64,000 bases of DNA from Naegleria gruberi (Eukaryota), in NCBI GenBank assembly GCA_000004985.1, contig GG738872.1; one strand, written 5' to 3'. The notes below the pieces were generated by a model. It worked only from the letters and a program-made list of their open reading frames with translations, made no database searches and was not told where the DNA came from. Below, piece after piece: positions 10,570-21,027 of the stretch; positions within the stretch are counted from its first letter, which is position 1, and every line of letters starts with the position of its first letter. The position numbers were made by a program, and so were the translations under genes.

Positions 10570-13500
10570 TTAGATATTTTGAAGTGTTTGGAAGTATTTT
10601 ACATAGGATTGGTCAATTGGTGGACATTTGGTTGAGATGGATTGAGAATTGGAATTGTCATATTTGGGAGTTGGTGGGAATGAAGATTTAATGTAAGGAA
10701 GAAGTGGATAAATTGAAATTCTATCATTAATTGAATCAATCCATTCAGAATAATTCATTTTCCTCAAGTTTTCATTGAGAGATTCTTCCAAATATTGAAT
10801 GAATAATTTGAATGGAATTGGATTTGAATTATTGACAATATGATAAATTTGATGAGGTATTTCAGAGTGAGATATTTCAATAATTGATTTGCAGATATAA
10901 TCCACTGGAACTAAACTCACATTCTCATTGGTGGCTGGGTAGGATTTGAGTTGATGAATGGATTGAATGAACTTGGTAAACCAGTCGTTTGGATTAGCAA
11001 TACCTGATGAGGACCAACTAGAAAGACCTAATCTGTATATCTTGAACTTTTTAAATCCAAACTTTTCCTTGCAATTTTGTAATAATTTTTCAGCAACCCA
11101 TTTGGTTTGAGAGTAACCATCTGAGGATTTTACTCCACTTTGTAAAAACGTTTCTCCAATTGAGTCTTTTTCGTAGAGAGTTGGATTTTGTGATAAATTA
11201 TCTCCATAAACACTAATTGTAGAGGCATGATGTAAAAATACAGAGTGTTTGGCCGTGGAAATAAACTTCAAAAGTATTTTCATAGAATTAACATTTGAGC
11301 CCTTTAGAATTGAATAGCTTTGAGAAAATTCAACTCTAGCAGCAATATGATAAATTGATGTTACACTATTCAGTAATGTTTCATAACTATTTGAATCCAA
11401 TCCAAAGTTTTCTTTTGAAACGTCACCAGCCAATACAGTTATTTTGTTGGAATCAAATAAGAGTTTGTAAGTTTCAAATACTTTGGTTAGTCTATCAGTT
11501 GCCTCATTGTCAGATTCTGCTCTGACCAAACAAATTAATTTAGAGAATTTTCCTTGTTTGGCTAACTCTGCAACGAGATGACTTCCAACAAAACCTGTTC
11601 CACCAGTAATGAGGGCAATATGTTCCTTATCATTGGTTTCCTTCTTATCAGAGAATATCAAAGGTTCAGTGAAACGTAAATCCTCTTCAACTTCCTCCAA
11701 TAGTCCTTTCTGTTGTTGAGATATTAGATGATTGACAATTTTCTTTCCAGATCCGAGTGAAATCAGATTGCATACAGAGGACAATGGTTCGTGAATTAAC
11801 AAATTAATTGGAATATTCTCTGTAATTGAAAATACTCGCTGAATAGAAAAGAGTAATCGAACAGCTTTCTTTTCATTGTTAATGAATATTGATATCGCTT
11901 CAACTTACAATTGATGTTCCTCCCATTTCTGTAAAACTTTTGCTCATATCTAACTCTGTTACTTCCAGAATATTTTTGCACATGTTTACAAAATTTGTCT
12001 CAATATTCGCATCTGCGTAATCAGTGAGATCTGATGAGAAATCTGCATAGGCATTTTCTATGTTTTGAGTATGTTTCTTATAAATATTGAATCTGGAAAC
12101 TTTTCCACTAGGTGTTAGCATATTATTTTCAATAGTCCAATCGTCTGTGTCTATAATGATCTCCCTTGGAATTTCAAAATGTCTGAGTCCATGAATTTTT
12201 CCTAAATTCCTCATAGATTTCAAGATTTGTTTTGATTCCACATCTTGAGAAACTGTACGCACAATTGCAATGATATAATCTCTGCTACTGTCTCCATAAA
12301 TACAACAATTCTCGATGAGATCAATTTGTTCAAATAGACCTTCTAGCTGTGAAGGACTAACAAATTCAGAAATAGCCAACTTGAAAATGTTCTTTCTTCT
12401 GTCAATTATCTTGATTGAATTATTGGATGGATCTAATACCACTATGTCTCCAGTTTTATAATATCCATCAGAGGTGAAATTTTCATTAGATTCTTGTTCA
12501 TTCTTATAGTATCCTTGAATAGTATAACTTGTCTATTCATTTGTTATAAAAATCAATTAGAAAATAATTGTTACAAACCTTAACTGCTAATTCACCTCTT
12601 GGAAGAGGTAAATCAGTGCTGAAGAAATTCATTTCAGGAACATCAAGAAGTTTAAATTGAACATCTGAATGAATTATACCATTGGTTGCTATACCTCCAC
12701 ATTCAGAACAGCCAAATCCCTCAACTATTTAAATTTGAATAATAAAACTACATAAGTTCTACTTACTAGTCGCTAATCCAAGAGTGTCTTTCAAAAAGTT
12801 CATTAATTCTGTTGAAACATGGGCACCACCAATTCCAATAAGTGAAATTCTTTTTCCAAAAAGTCTTCTATACTTTTGAACAATTTCACTGTGAGGAATA
12901 TTTGACGATTTCAAATCCATCAAATATTCGTTATATAGCGAGTTAACTATGGAAGGAGCCAATACTAGTCCAGTAGGATTAACAATTGGCAAATCCTCAA
13001 ATAAATTGACTCCCCTTCTACAATATGCTAATCTACCTCCTCTCATAAGAGTTCCATAAACAAGCACTCTGTCAGCCCCAAGAGATTGTGGACTAAATGA
13101 AGCCTCAACTACCAATCTGTCATGAGAAATTTGCTTCTTGATATCAATAATCCAATGATTGTTCTCAATAATGCATCCTTTAGCTTTTGAAGTTGATCCA
13201 GAAGTGAATATAAGAGCACCACACTTTGAATCTGTGTTCATGTAGAGAAGTTCACTATTGGAATCATCTGATTTCTTGTTGATAACTTGTCCATTACCTG
13301 CAACAGCATATTTGGGAGAGTCCTCTTCAACAACAATTGGAGTATCATATCTAATTCCCATGAGTGTTTGAGCTTGTGAGTTTGATTTGTGCATTTCCTT
13401 TCCCTTCTTGATTAAGGACTCCAAAGTAATAATGTTTACATTAGATCCATTTTCTTTCACACTTGTTGAGTCCATAGAAACAAGAGTGAATTGTGTTCCC

Positions 13501-14798
13501 TTCTTTTCAAGTAAAACGTCTAAAAACTTTCTAATGAGTATTCCCTCACAAACAATTACTTGCATACCAGAAGTATCAATAATTGAGTTCAATTCTGGAG
13601 TGGATCTAGAAGGTTGAAGCCCAACTGTGGTAAATCCATTCCATGAACACATCAAATCAACAAGGGTATATTCAAATCTATTCTCATTTGTTGAAATACC
13701 AATCATTACTTCATTCTGATTTCCTGATAATAACCCTGAAAATCCAAGTGAACAATAGAACAATTCCTCCCTAACATCAGAGTAGGTTCTATACTTGAAT
13801 GTGTTTCCATGTCTAACTCCAACACAAGGTCTGTCATTATAGGTTCTAAACATGTTATTGACAAAAGTGTGAAGATTAGGAGAATTCAAAATATTCAATT
13901 TCATGAATACTACATCATTGTTCTCCAATATATATGGATAACCAAAGAAAGGATCCAATATTTTGATCTTTTCGTATAAATCTCTGTCATTTTCTTCTAA
14001 TTTGATTGTGTCAGTATTAATATCAAACTCTATTTGCTTTTTGAAACAAACTTGTTCAATTGTTTTCATCCAACCATAACAATGTTCACACTTGACAGAA
14101 TTCTTATCATTTGAAGAGATGCACCGATATCTAGGATTTCCCTCTCCAAGACCACCTGATTGAATGACCCAATCGCAAACTCCACATCGATCCTCCCATA
14201 AATTATCTCCAAATCGATCAGTAATTTTCCCAGAGTTGAATTCAACAGTACCTCCTCCGTTTCCCGAATCAAATGAACTACTATAAGTAACTTGCCATGG
14301 TAAATTAATATTCGCACTCTTCAATTCATTCGATAATTCATCCAATTCTCTAACAAACTTTTCATTCAATTTTGCAGATTCAATCATTTTCGGATTTTCC
14401 TCCAAATCATTGATCTTTCCCTGATTTTCAATAATAATAGTCTTGAACTCTCTCAATTCCCTCAAAAACTCATCAATATTCAAACAAGAACTATTATCAT
14501 CATTTTGATCATCATTTTGTAATTTCTTATTAATTTGTTCAATCTTTTCCATTCTCAATTTTACAAACTCTTCCTGAACAATCTTAAAATCAGCCCTCAA
14601 TTTCTCACTCTCCACCACATAGGTCCTTCTCACTAAATTACCCAACCGCAACAATTCAACAATTCTCTCAAAATAATTTTCACTCCTCTCCGGATTTAAA
14701 GATTTTAAATTCTCACAGTCGGCATAACAAGACTTTAAAAAGGGAAATTCTAATAGGATAGCAGTGTCATGATTTTTGATTTCAAGTTCTTGAGACAT
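10570..14798 (-). CDS. NRPS-like carboxylate-reductase-type enzyme: novel N-terminal domain + adenylation (AMP-binding) + PCP + thioester-reductase (R). 4 exons (14798..12767, 12724..12579, 12532..11909, 11817..10570), ~1349 aa.
   Basis: Adenylation core motif IFTSGSTSKAKG. Exon 2 carries ...EGFGCSECGGIATNG... and exon 3 carries YKTGDIV...IIDRRKN (A8 motif-like). PCP motif ...FTEMGGTS|I spans the exon 3/4 junction. R-domain Rossmann motif ITGGTGFVGSHLV plus ...YGDNLS.. follow. Introns of 42, 46 and 91 bp (GTAAGT..atag, GTTTGT..aatag, GTAAGT..cagag) are all frame-preserving and merge three track ORFs. The first ~300 aa contain a coiled coil and a Cys cluster (CGVC...C-x10-CEHC). Confidence 0.8.
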
Positions 14799-15351
14799 TT
14801 TTTTTTGATTTTTTAATAAAATAGCATTTAAATAGTGTTACTTAAATATAATGACAGTATTGAACACTTTACAATGAGAGTTCGACAAACAGTTATTTTA
14901 ATGATCAATTATTTTCAAATTAAACTTACATCTAACAACTTTCCAATAGATCTATTTCACAACATTAGTTGATAAGATGTCAAAAGTCAACTTTGTATCT
15001 GAGAAATTGAATTAATTCTGTCAATTATTTTGTTCTGTTGTTATACATGTATTTGTTGTTGGATTATTGGTCGTATTTATTGTGATATTATTAAGTATTA
15101 TTTCTAATATGATTCAATGGTGAAGATTGGTTGGAATTTGTTTAGACATCTTTCGAATAGAGTTTATACGAAAGTTGAACAACCATTCGAAACTAGTAAT
15201 AACATTCAAACTGTAAAATATCGTAAATTTTTGGAGGTAAAACAGCTTAATTGTTGAATCACTGAAATGAGTTTTTGTTTCTTATTGGAATAGCACCTTG
15301 TTGGTCATTTCTTTGAGTCATTAATCAAATGTCAAACCATCAAATAAAAAA

Positions 15352-15912
15352 ATGCAACATAAATTTCTCCTGGCCGTTGTCCTGCTGGTTTTGTTTGCCA
15401 CAACCATCACTCTGGCTCAAAACATGGGATGTTCATCGGATAGAGATTGTCTTTCTAACTACAAGTGTGTCTCAATTTCAAAACCAAATAGTGAAAAGTA
15501 TAATGCTTGTCTTCCTAACTCTGATGACAGATCAACTATTGTCAGTGCAATGAATGCCAAGGCTTCAAGAATTTCCTCAGCAAAGAATAGTTTGAATGGA
15601 ATTGTATTGGCTGATGATGAACAAGTTGCTTTATCTGCCAAATCGGATATTACAGCAACAACAACGGCAACAACTACCACTGCTGCTCCAACAACTACAA
15701 CATCTTCAATTACATTGGTAGATAAGAATTCTGCTATCAGTAGTGATGTTGGTGGTGGTTCGGCCAATACTGAAAATGAAGAACAAGAGGAAAATACTGA
15801 ACAAGAGGAAGAAGAAAATGATGAAGAGGAAAATGAACAAGAGGAAGAAGAGGAGGAAGAGGATGAAGATGAAGAAGAAGAAGAGGATGATGAAGAGGAT
15901 GAGGAAGAATAG
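15352..15912 (+). CDS. Secreted low-complexity protein: signal peptide, small Cys-rich module, Thr-rich mucin-like linker, poly-acidic (E/D) C-terminal tail
   Basis: MQHKFLLAVVLLVLFATTITLAQN, then CSSDRDCLSNYKCVS...CLPN, then TATTTATTTTAAPTTTTSS, then EEQEENTEQEEEENDEEENEQEEEEEEEDEDEEEEEDDEEDEEE. The antisense poly-Ser ORF 15459..15935 is a compositional artefact of the GAA/GAG tract. Confidence 0.5.
   Translation: MQHKFLLAVVLLVLFATTITLAQNMGCSSDRDCLSNYKCVSISKPNSEKYNACLPNSDDRSTIVSAMNAKASRISSAKNSLNGIVLADDEQVALSAKSDITATTTATTTTAAPTTTTSSITLVDKNSAISSDVGGGSANTENEEQEENTEQEEEENDEEENEQEEEEEEEDEDEEEEEDDEEDEEE
15775..15912. repeat. Imperfect (GAA/GAG/GAT)n trinucleotide tract encoding a poly-E/D tail
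   Basis: ...gaagaacaagaggaaaatactgaacaagaggaagaagaaaatgatgaagaggaaaatgaacaagaggaagaagaggaggaagaggatgaagatgaagaagaagaagaggatgatgaagaggatgaggaagaa. Confidence 0.8.
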
Positions 15913-16039
15913 ATTTTCAGTTTTGAATAAATCATGGAATTGGAAATACTCTACTTCCAACTTGGTGTTTTATTACAAAAATGATTCTCTTAATTTACAA
16001 AATATATTTCCTAGATTTTCCTAGATTAGAGATTTAACC

Positions 16040-17953
16040 TTACAGATATTCATCGTCGTGTTCCTTAGACTTGTCGAGAAATTTCTTAGTCAGTGAAGAT
16101 AAATCCTTCAACTTTTCAGAGAGTGAATTGGGACTGCTCACAACTGGTTCTCTTGGTGCCAATCGTGTTGTGTTTGTTGATACTGTTGGTGGTTTTGGAG
16201 AGCTTTTAGGTGATACTCTAATGTTGGGTGTGGTTAAATTATTGCCAAAGCTCATATATTCGGTGGGTATTATTGAACTTGCCTTAGTATCAACTGTTGG
16301 GTTAAGGGAATTCAAAGGTCGGTCCGATCTTCTCCTATTTTCTAACATTTCTTCTTGGTGTCGTATTGTTAGGAGGAGAGATCCTCGTTCCTTCTTTAAT
16401 TGTTTGATTTCTTCTTCCTTTACAGAGATTTTCATCTCATAGTAATCAAACTTTTCCCTGTCCTCTTTTTGTTTACTCTCCTGCTCTGCTTGTATCAGTC
16501 TCTCGTAATGTTTGAGCTTGTACACGAGTTTGGTGTTTTCACTCTTTGCTTCGTTTAATTCAATTTCAAGTCTCGTTAATTCTTCGTCTTTTAACCTCAC
16601 TGCATGCAAAACAATATCCTTCTTTTCCTTATCATTTTGGTGCTGGTACTCGTTAAGTTTTGATTTGAGTGTTTTGACAACACCCAATTCAGTTGCTATT
16701 GTTTGTTCTGCTCTAGAAAGAGAAAGAGTTAATTGTTCAACTTCAGAACACTTGAGATTATACTCGTTTCTAACTATTTCAACCTCCTTATTAAGACTGT
16801 CGAATTTTCTTTGTATTTCATCCATATGATTTTTCTCTGTATAGGTTAATATTACAGAAAAAGAAAATGAATCAACTTACTTTGCTCCTCTAGCAATGTT
16901 CTATCTTCCTTCAGAATTTTCAAATCTTGTTCGAATTTTCTGCTCATAAATTCCTTTTCTCTATTTAATCGTTCAATCTCTTTTACGTACTTGGTAATAT
17001 CCAATTTTTTGAGTTGTTCTTCTAGATAATTGTTCGATGCCTTAAGATCCTTCTCTTTATGCCTAGCTACCGATAATTCATATTTTAATTGTTTGATTTC
17101 TTTCTGATATTCCAATTCCTTCTTTCTGAATTCTTTGGCCTTATTTTCATCCTCAATATCGGCCATCTTTGATTGAATTAATAATGCATACACTTTCTGT
17201 CTCCACTTGTTTAGAATTGAAACTTGAAGTTGATGTTTTCCTTTTTTAAGAAAATCATCCTTCCCGTCTTGCACCTTGTTGAATTCGTTAATTTCATTAT
17301 TTTGAATTTCAATGATTTCCTCCAGAGCTGCAATTCTTACAGATAAAAATTCAACTGATTGTTCATTTCCTTTCGAGTAGTGATGTTCCTCCTCTTCAAA
17401 GTGATACCTATTTGGCTCTTCATAATAACCAAAGTTTGATCCCTGTTGTTGTCTCTTCTCGTCAAATTGATGTCTCATGTTTGCTGTATGATCTGAATAA
17501 TCAAACTTTTCATTTTGATTTCTATTATTCATAATTGATGAAGGATTAAAAGTTGGATTTTGGTTCATTGCTGATGAAGGTGGAAGTGTTGAAGGATTAA
17601 ACTCTCTTTGTTTTATCTTTTCTCTTGTCTGTTCAATATCTCGAAGCTTTTGTTTTTCATGTTCCACAGAAAATCCCAAATCTCTAATGTAGGAACTAGC
17701 ATCATAAACTCTAGGTGATTGTTCTTCATATTTGAAACCTTGTGTTTCCTCCCTTAAATAAGAAGATTGATGATATAAATTATTATTTGGAGAGTTTGAA
17801 TTTCCTCCAGCTGAATTCAAGAAGGATTGTTGCCCTGCTCCATTCATTCCGAATTCATGATGATAGGATGAAGGTGATTGCCGCGAATGATTGTTTGCTG
17901 ATAATAGAGCACTTGAATTTTGTGGCGAGTATGAGGATCCAAATGCTTTCATT
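16040..17953 (-). CDS. Long coiled-coil protein (N-terminal Q/N/S-rich region, C-terminal heptad-rich region). 2 exons joined by a 44-bp phase-1 intron (16837..16880).
   Basis: Track ORFs 16852..18006 and 16040..16825 are one gene: donor ...CAATCG|GTAAGTTGATTC on the minus strand and acceptor ...CTATACAG|AGAAAAATCATATGGATG restore ...EEQS-K-KNHMDEIQRKF. The likely true ATG is MKAFGSS at 17953; the track start 18006 is TTG. Confidence 0.6.
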
Positions 17954-18158
17954 TTCTTTTTGGTGTAAAATTTGGGCGGGAAAAATTCAAAGCAAATTGT
18001 AGTCAAGGTGGAGGTAAACTTTTTCTAATACCAAATCAGATCAATTAATTGTTAATGCATTAATTATTAGCATTGAATAGACACTCTATTGAAAGTAACA
18101 TGTTTATAATAACACACTAGTGGTGTATGGAAAGGATTTATTTAAAATGTACAATTTT

Positions 18159-18740
18159 TTAGTTCTTTTTCTTATTCTTCTTGGCACCCTTTGATTTGGC
18201 CTTGGAAGCTGATGGGCTTGCTGTGGAAGCACTTGAGCTAGTTCCGGTTGATGAAGAAGTGGATGAAGAAGCTTCTTCCTTCTTTTGGTTGACTCTGTTT
18301 TCAAGACGTGGAATTAAAGATGCAATATGTTCCAATAAATCTGCCTTTGTGGTCCATTCTAATTGAGGAACTGACTCCTTCTTTAATAAAACTCTAACTC
18401 TTCCAAATTCAAAAGGTTCTTGTGGGTATCTCTTTGTTTTCTATATTATTCCGATAATAAAATTCCAAAATAAAATCCGATTATTAATATCTTGATAAAT
18501 GATTCCTACCTCTAATTCGTATGGTATTTTTAAATGTTGACAAATATCGGCAATTTCTGTTGCCTTTGGATTTTCCACACATTTTTCCTTTGCGATCTTT
18601 CGTCCTTGGCTTAAAGTTTTATTCTTATCAATATATACAGGGTAAATAATTTGCATTCTGTTTACTTCATCAGGAGGAGTGGATTTTCTCACTCGTGAAC
18701 GGGCAATCTTGGAAGTGGCTGTTGTTGCTGATGTACTCAT
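18159..18740 (-). CDS. SRP19: Signal recognition particle subunit SRP19. 2 exons (18740..18510, 18440..18159), 170 aa.
   Basis: Exon 1 (...NRMQIIYPVYIDKNKTLSQGRKIAKEKCVENPKATEIADICQHLKIPYELE) matches the SRP19 core (human ICIYPAYLNNKKTIAEGRRIPISKAVENPTATEI). A 69-bp intron GTAGGAAT...AATATAG. Exon 2 (KTKRYPQEPFEFGRVRVLLKKE...) matches the human ...YRGRVRVQLKQE. K-rich C-terminal tail. Confidence 0.8.
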
Positions 18741-18954
18741 TTTTTATTCTTCTTCATTAATAATAGTTTTTCGATTTGATTATTTATTAATTTTAATTTG
18801 TTATTTGATGATTCATCATTGCGAATCACAAGTCTCTTTGATGGTTCGATTGAAAAAAATAATGATTTAATTTTTCTTTCATATTGATCAAATCAATAAT
18901 ACTAATATAATACTGATTATCAATCATTTAGAAAATATACTTTTTGGAAAAAGC

Positions 18955-19596
18955 ATGAGTAATAATTTATTATTCAATGAAAATCATGATGTAAAGGCAG
19001 ATTTATCAAATAATTCAAGAAGTATCAAATTTAATGATTCACCTCTAGTATTGTATCATCATAATGACCATTCATCAAATTCTTCTTCTCCTTTAAACAA
19101 CGAACATACATCTCCACAGTGGGAAGAATTTATTGTTCATCTATCCCGATGGAATGTCATTAAAAAGCACTCGGGTTTTCTCATCCTTCTCCTTCTCTTG
19201 CATTATCTAGTATTGGGATGGAGTGGAGTGCAACACTTTAATTCATCCCCTCGATTCATTCTCATTGGATTATGTTGGCTCTATTGGTTCTACTCACTCC
19301 TCTCGAGTACCATCTCGGAGAGTATTGTAGGAATGAAGGGAAAAGGTGTTCAATTGGAAAAGACGACATTCCTCGGCTATAAAACTCATCAACTCTTCAT
19401 TCCAATTGAAAATATCAAACATGTTGTCATAGCAGAGGGCTTTCATATTGATTGTGTGATTTACTATTTGGCCATTATTTTGAAACAAGCCCACAAGAAA
19501 AAGATGGTTATTGTTCCATTCGAAATGTTCAATCCACGATTAAACCTTTTACGAAAGGTCTATCCAAAATTGAAAAGAGTGTTATTTGATGAATAA
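18955..19596 (+). CDS. GPI-GlcNAc transferase complex subunit PIG-H (GPI15)-like membrane protein
   Basis: Two TM helices, then a PIG-H domain: ...GVQLEKTTFLGYKTHQLFIPIENIKHVVIAEGFHIDCVIYYLAIILK...PFEMFNPRLNLLRKVY (compare human ...IYMQKVIYYLCILLK...PVFQSAKPRLDCLIEVY). Confidence 0.65.
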   Translation: MSNNLLFNENHDVKADLSNNSRSIKFNDSPLVLYHHNDHSSNSSSPLNNEHTSPQWEEFIVHLSRWNVIKKHSGFLILLLLLHYLVLGWSGVQHFNSSPRFILIGLCWLYWFYSLLSSTISESIVGMKGKGVQLEKTTFLGYKTHQLFIPIENIKHVVIAEGFHIDCVIYYLAIILKQAHKKKMVIVPFEMFNPRLNLLRKVYPKLKRVLFDE

Positions 19597-19616
19597 TAAA
19601 TAAACAAAGAGTTCGT

Positions 19617-20633
19617 TTAATTGAAAATGTGAGACCACAGGAAATCATCCAAACAGTGCATATTATCAACACCAATTCCAGAATTGATATCCTTACTGTG
19701 TTTTTTCAATTTAAAAAATAATATCCATTTAAATGATTTTAAATTATTATTATTATTAATAACAATCAATATTCCATCACCATAAATGATATATTAATAT
19801 TATTATTATACATTTCATAAATTATAAATATACAATTAATTCCATTATGTTCAAAATAAATACACATACATTTCAGTAGCAGTCATTTTAGTAAAACCAA
19901 CACCAATAGCATTTTCCTTTCCTTCAACCATGATGGCAACAGCTTTATCCTTTCCTACAGACATATCCATACTAGCTCCTGGTGATGTTAATCCTCTACA
20001 CATAATATTGGCTCCACTCAAAATGAATTTAACAGCTCCTCTATCAACTTGGAAGAGTGGCAACATTTGTGGATCTATTTAACCATTCCGATCGTTGAAA
20101 AATTTGAATAGAATATATAACGTACATTGATGTAAAACTTTAAGATGTGGGAAGAATGGTCCATCGTGAACAGAGAAGAATTTGGCTTCATTATTCACAA
20201 CAACAATATTGATTTGTCCGGAACTATTTTCATCAATATAATCAATTTGTAATATTATATCAATAGATACGAGATTATTTCAAAATGGTGATTTTAAATG
20301 TTAGAGTTTGAATTGTTTAAATATTGTTGTTATTGTAATTGTTAATATTATTAAGATAAAAATTGTAATAAAAAAACAATGTAAAAGAATACTCGTGAGT
20401 GAATATAAACATACCATTTGATCAACAATAATGGAACCTTTTTTGGAAGAATTTCTTCCTCCAAAGTTTCACCCAACATTGGATATTGTTCACTGATCGA
20501 TCTTCTGATACCTCTTTCGACAGAGCTCTTTAATTTTGTGGCGCTTCCGACATCCTCCTTGGTCCACCTGTATTTAATTCCGAGAGTGGTTAATCTCGGT
20601 GTTGAAATGATTGCTTACATACTTTTTGAACAT
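19617..20633 (-). CDS. MCTS1: MCTS1/Tma20 (PUA-domain translation re-initiation factor). 5 exons (20633..20623, 20567..20415, 20223..20126, 20074..19870, 19695..19617), 181 aa.
   Basis: Assembled protein MFKKWTKEDVGSATKLKSSVERGIRRSISEQYPMLGETLEEEILPKKVPLLLIKCSGQINIVVVNNEAKFFSVHDGPFFPHLKVLHQYPQMLPLFQVDRGAVKFILSGANIMCRGLTSPGASMDMSVGKDKAVAIMVEGKENAIGVGFTKMTATEIKDINSGIGVDNMHCLDDFLWSHIFN is collinear with human MCTS1 and the same length (181 aa). Introns of 55, 191, 51 and 174 bp have GTATGT/GTACGT donors. The exon 1/2 boundary has an alternative in-frame choice (GTAAGC..accaag). Confidence 0.8.
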
Positions 20634-21027
20634 TTTTTTTCAATTATTTTTTTTTAAATTTTTAAAAATTATTGAAATTAAATATCGAAATTGGTGTCAA
20701 GAGGATTGAAATGTCGTAATTTCATAATTTTTATGTTTTATTTAATAACAGCTAAGCAGACCTAATTTCTTGGTTTTCCCTTTCTCTTATAGCAATGAAC
20801 TGGAGCATTTTTTAAAGTAAAAAAAATTCACAGTCTGTTTTATTAATTTCTTGGCTCTTGCTTCTTCATCGTTCCTTTTTATTTCCACTAATTATGAGAT
20901 GAAGCGGAATGGCTTTTTTACAACATTTTACATTTTTTTATTTTTGGCGGGTTGAATGAGTTTAAAAAGATCATGAAAATCACACTTGTACCTTATTGAA
21001 ATCAAAAAAATTAAAATTGTTATCATC

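Noticed and set aside
15459-15935. Antisense ORFs 15459..15935 (poly-Ser) and 15706..15960 / 15743..16024 (poly-K/F)
   Set aside because: Compositional mirror images of the GAA/GAG tract encoding the acidic tail of the 15352..15912 protein; no independent coding signal.
16040-18006. Two separate coiled-coil genes (16040..16825 and 16852..18006)
   Set aside because: A 44-bp GTAAGT..ACAG intron with matching phase joins them into one gene.
20415-20633. Alternative MCTS1 exon 1/2 junction (donor GTAAGC after MFKKY, acceptor accaag)
   Set aside because: It is also frame-preserving, but the GTATGT..atacag choice uses better splice signals, aligns W with human F5, and gives exactly 181 aa like human MCTS1.
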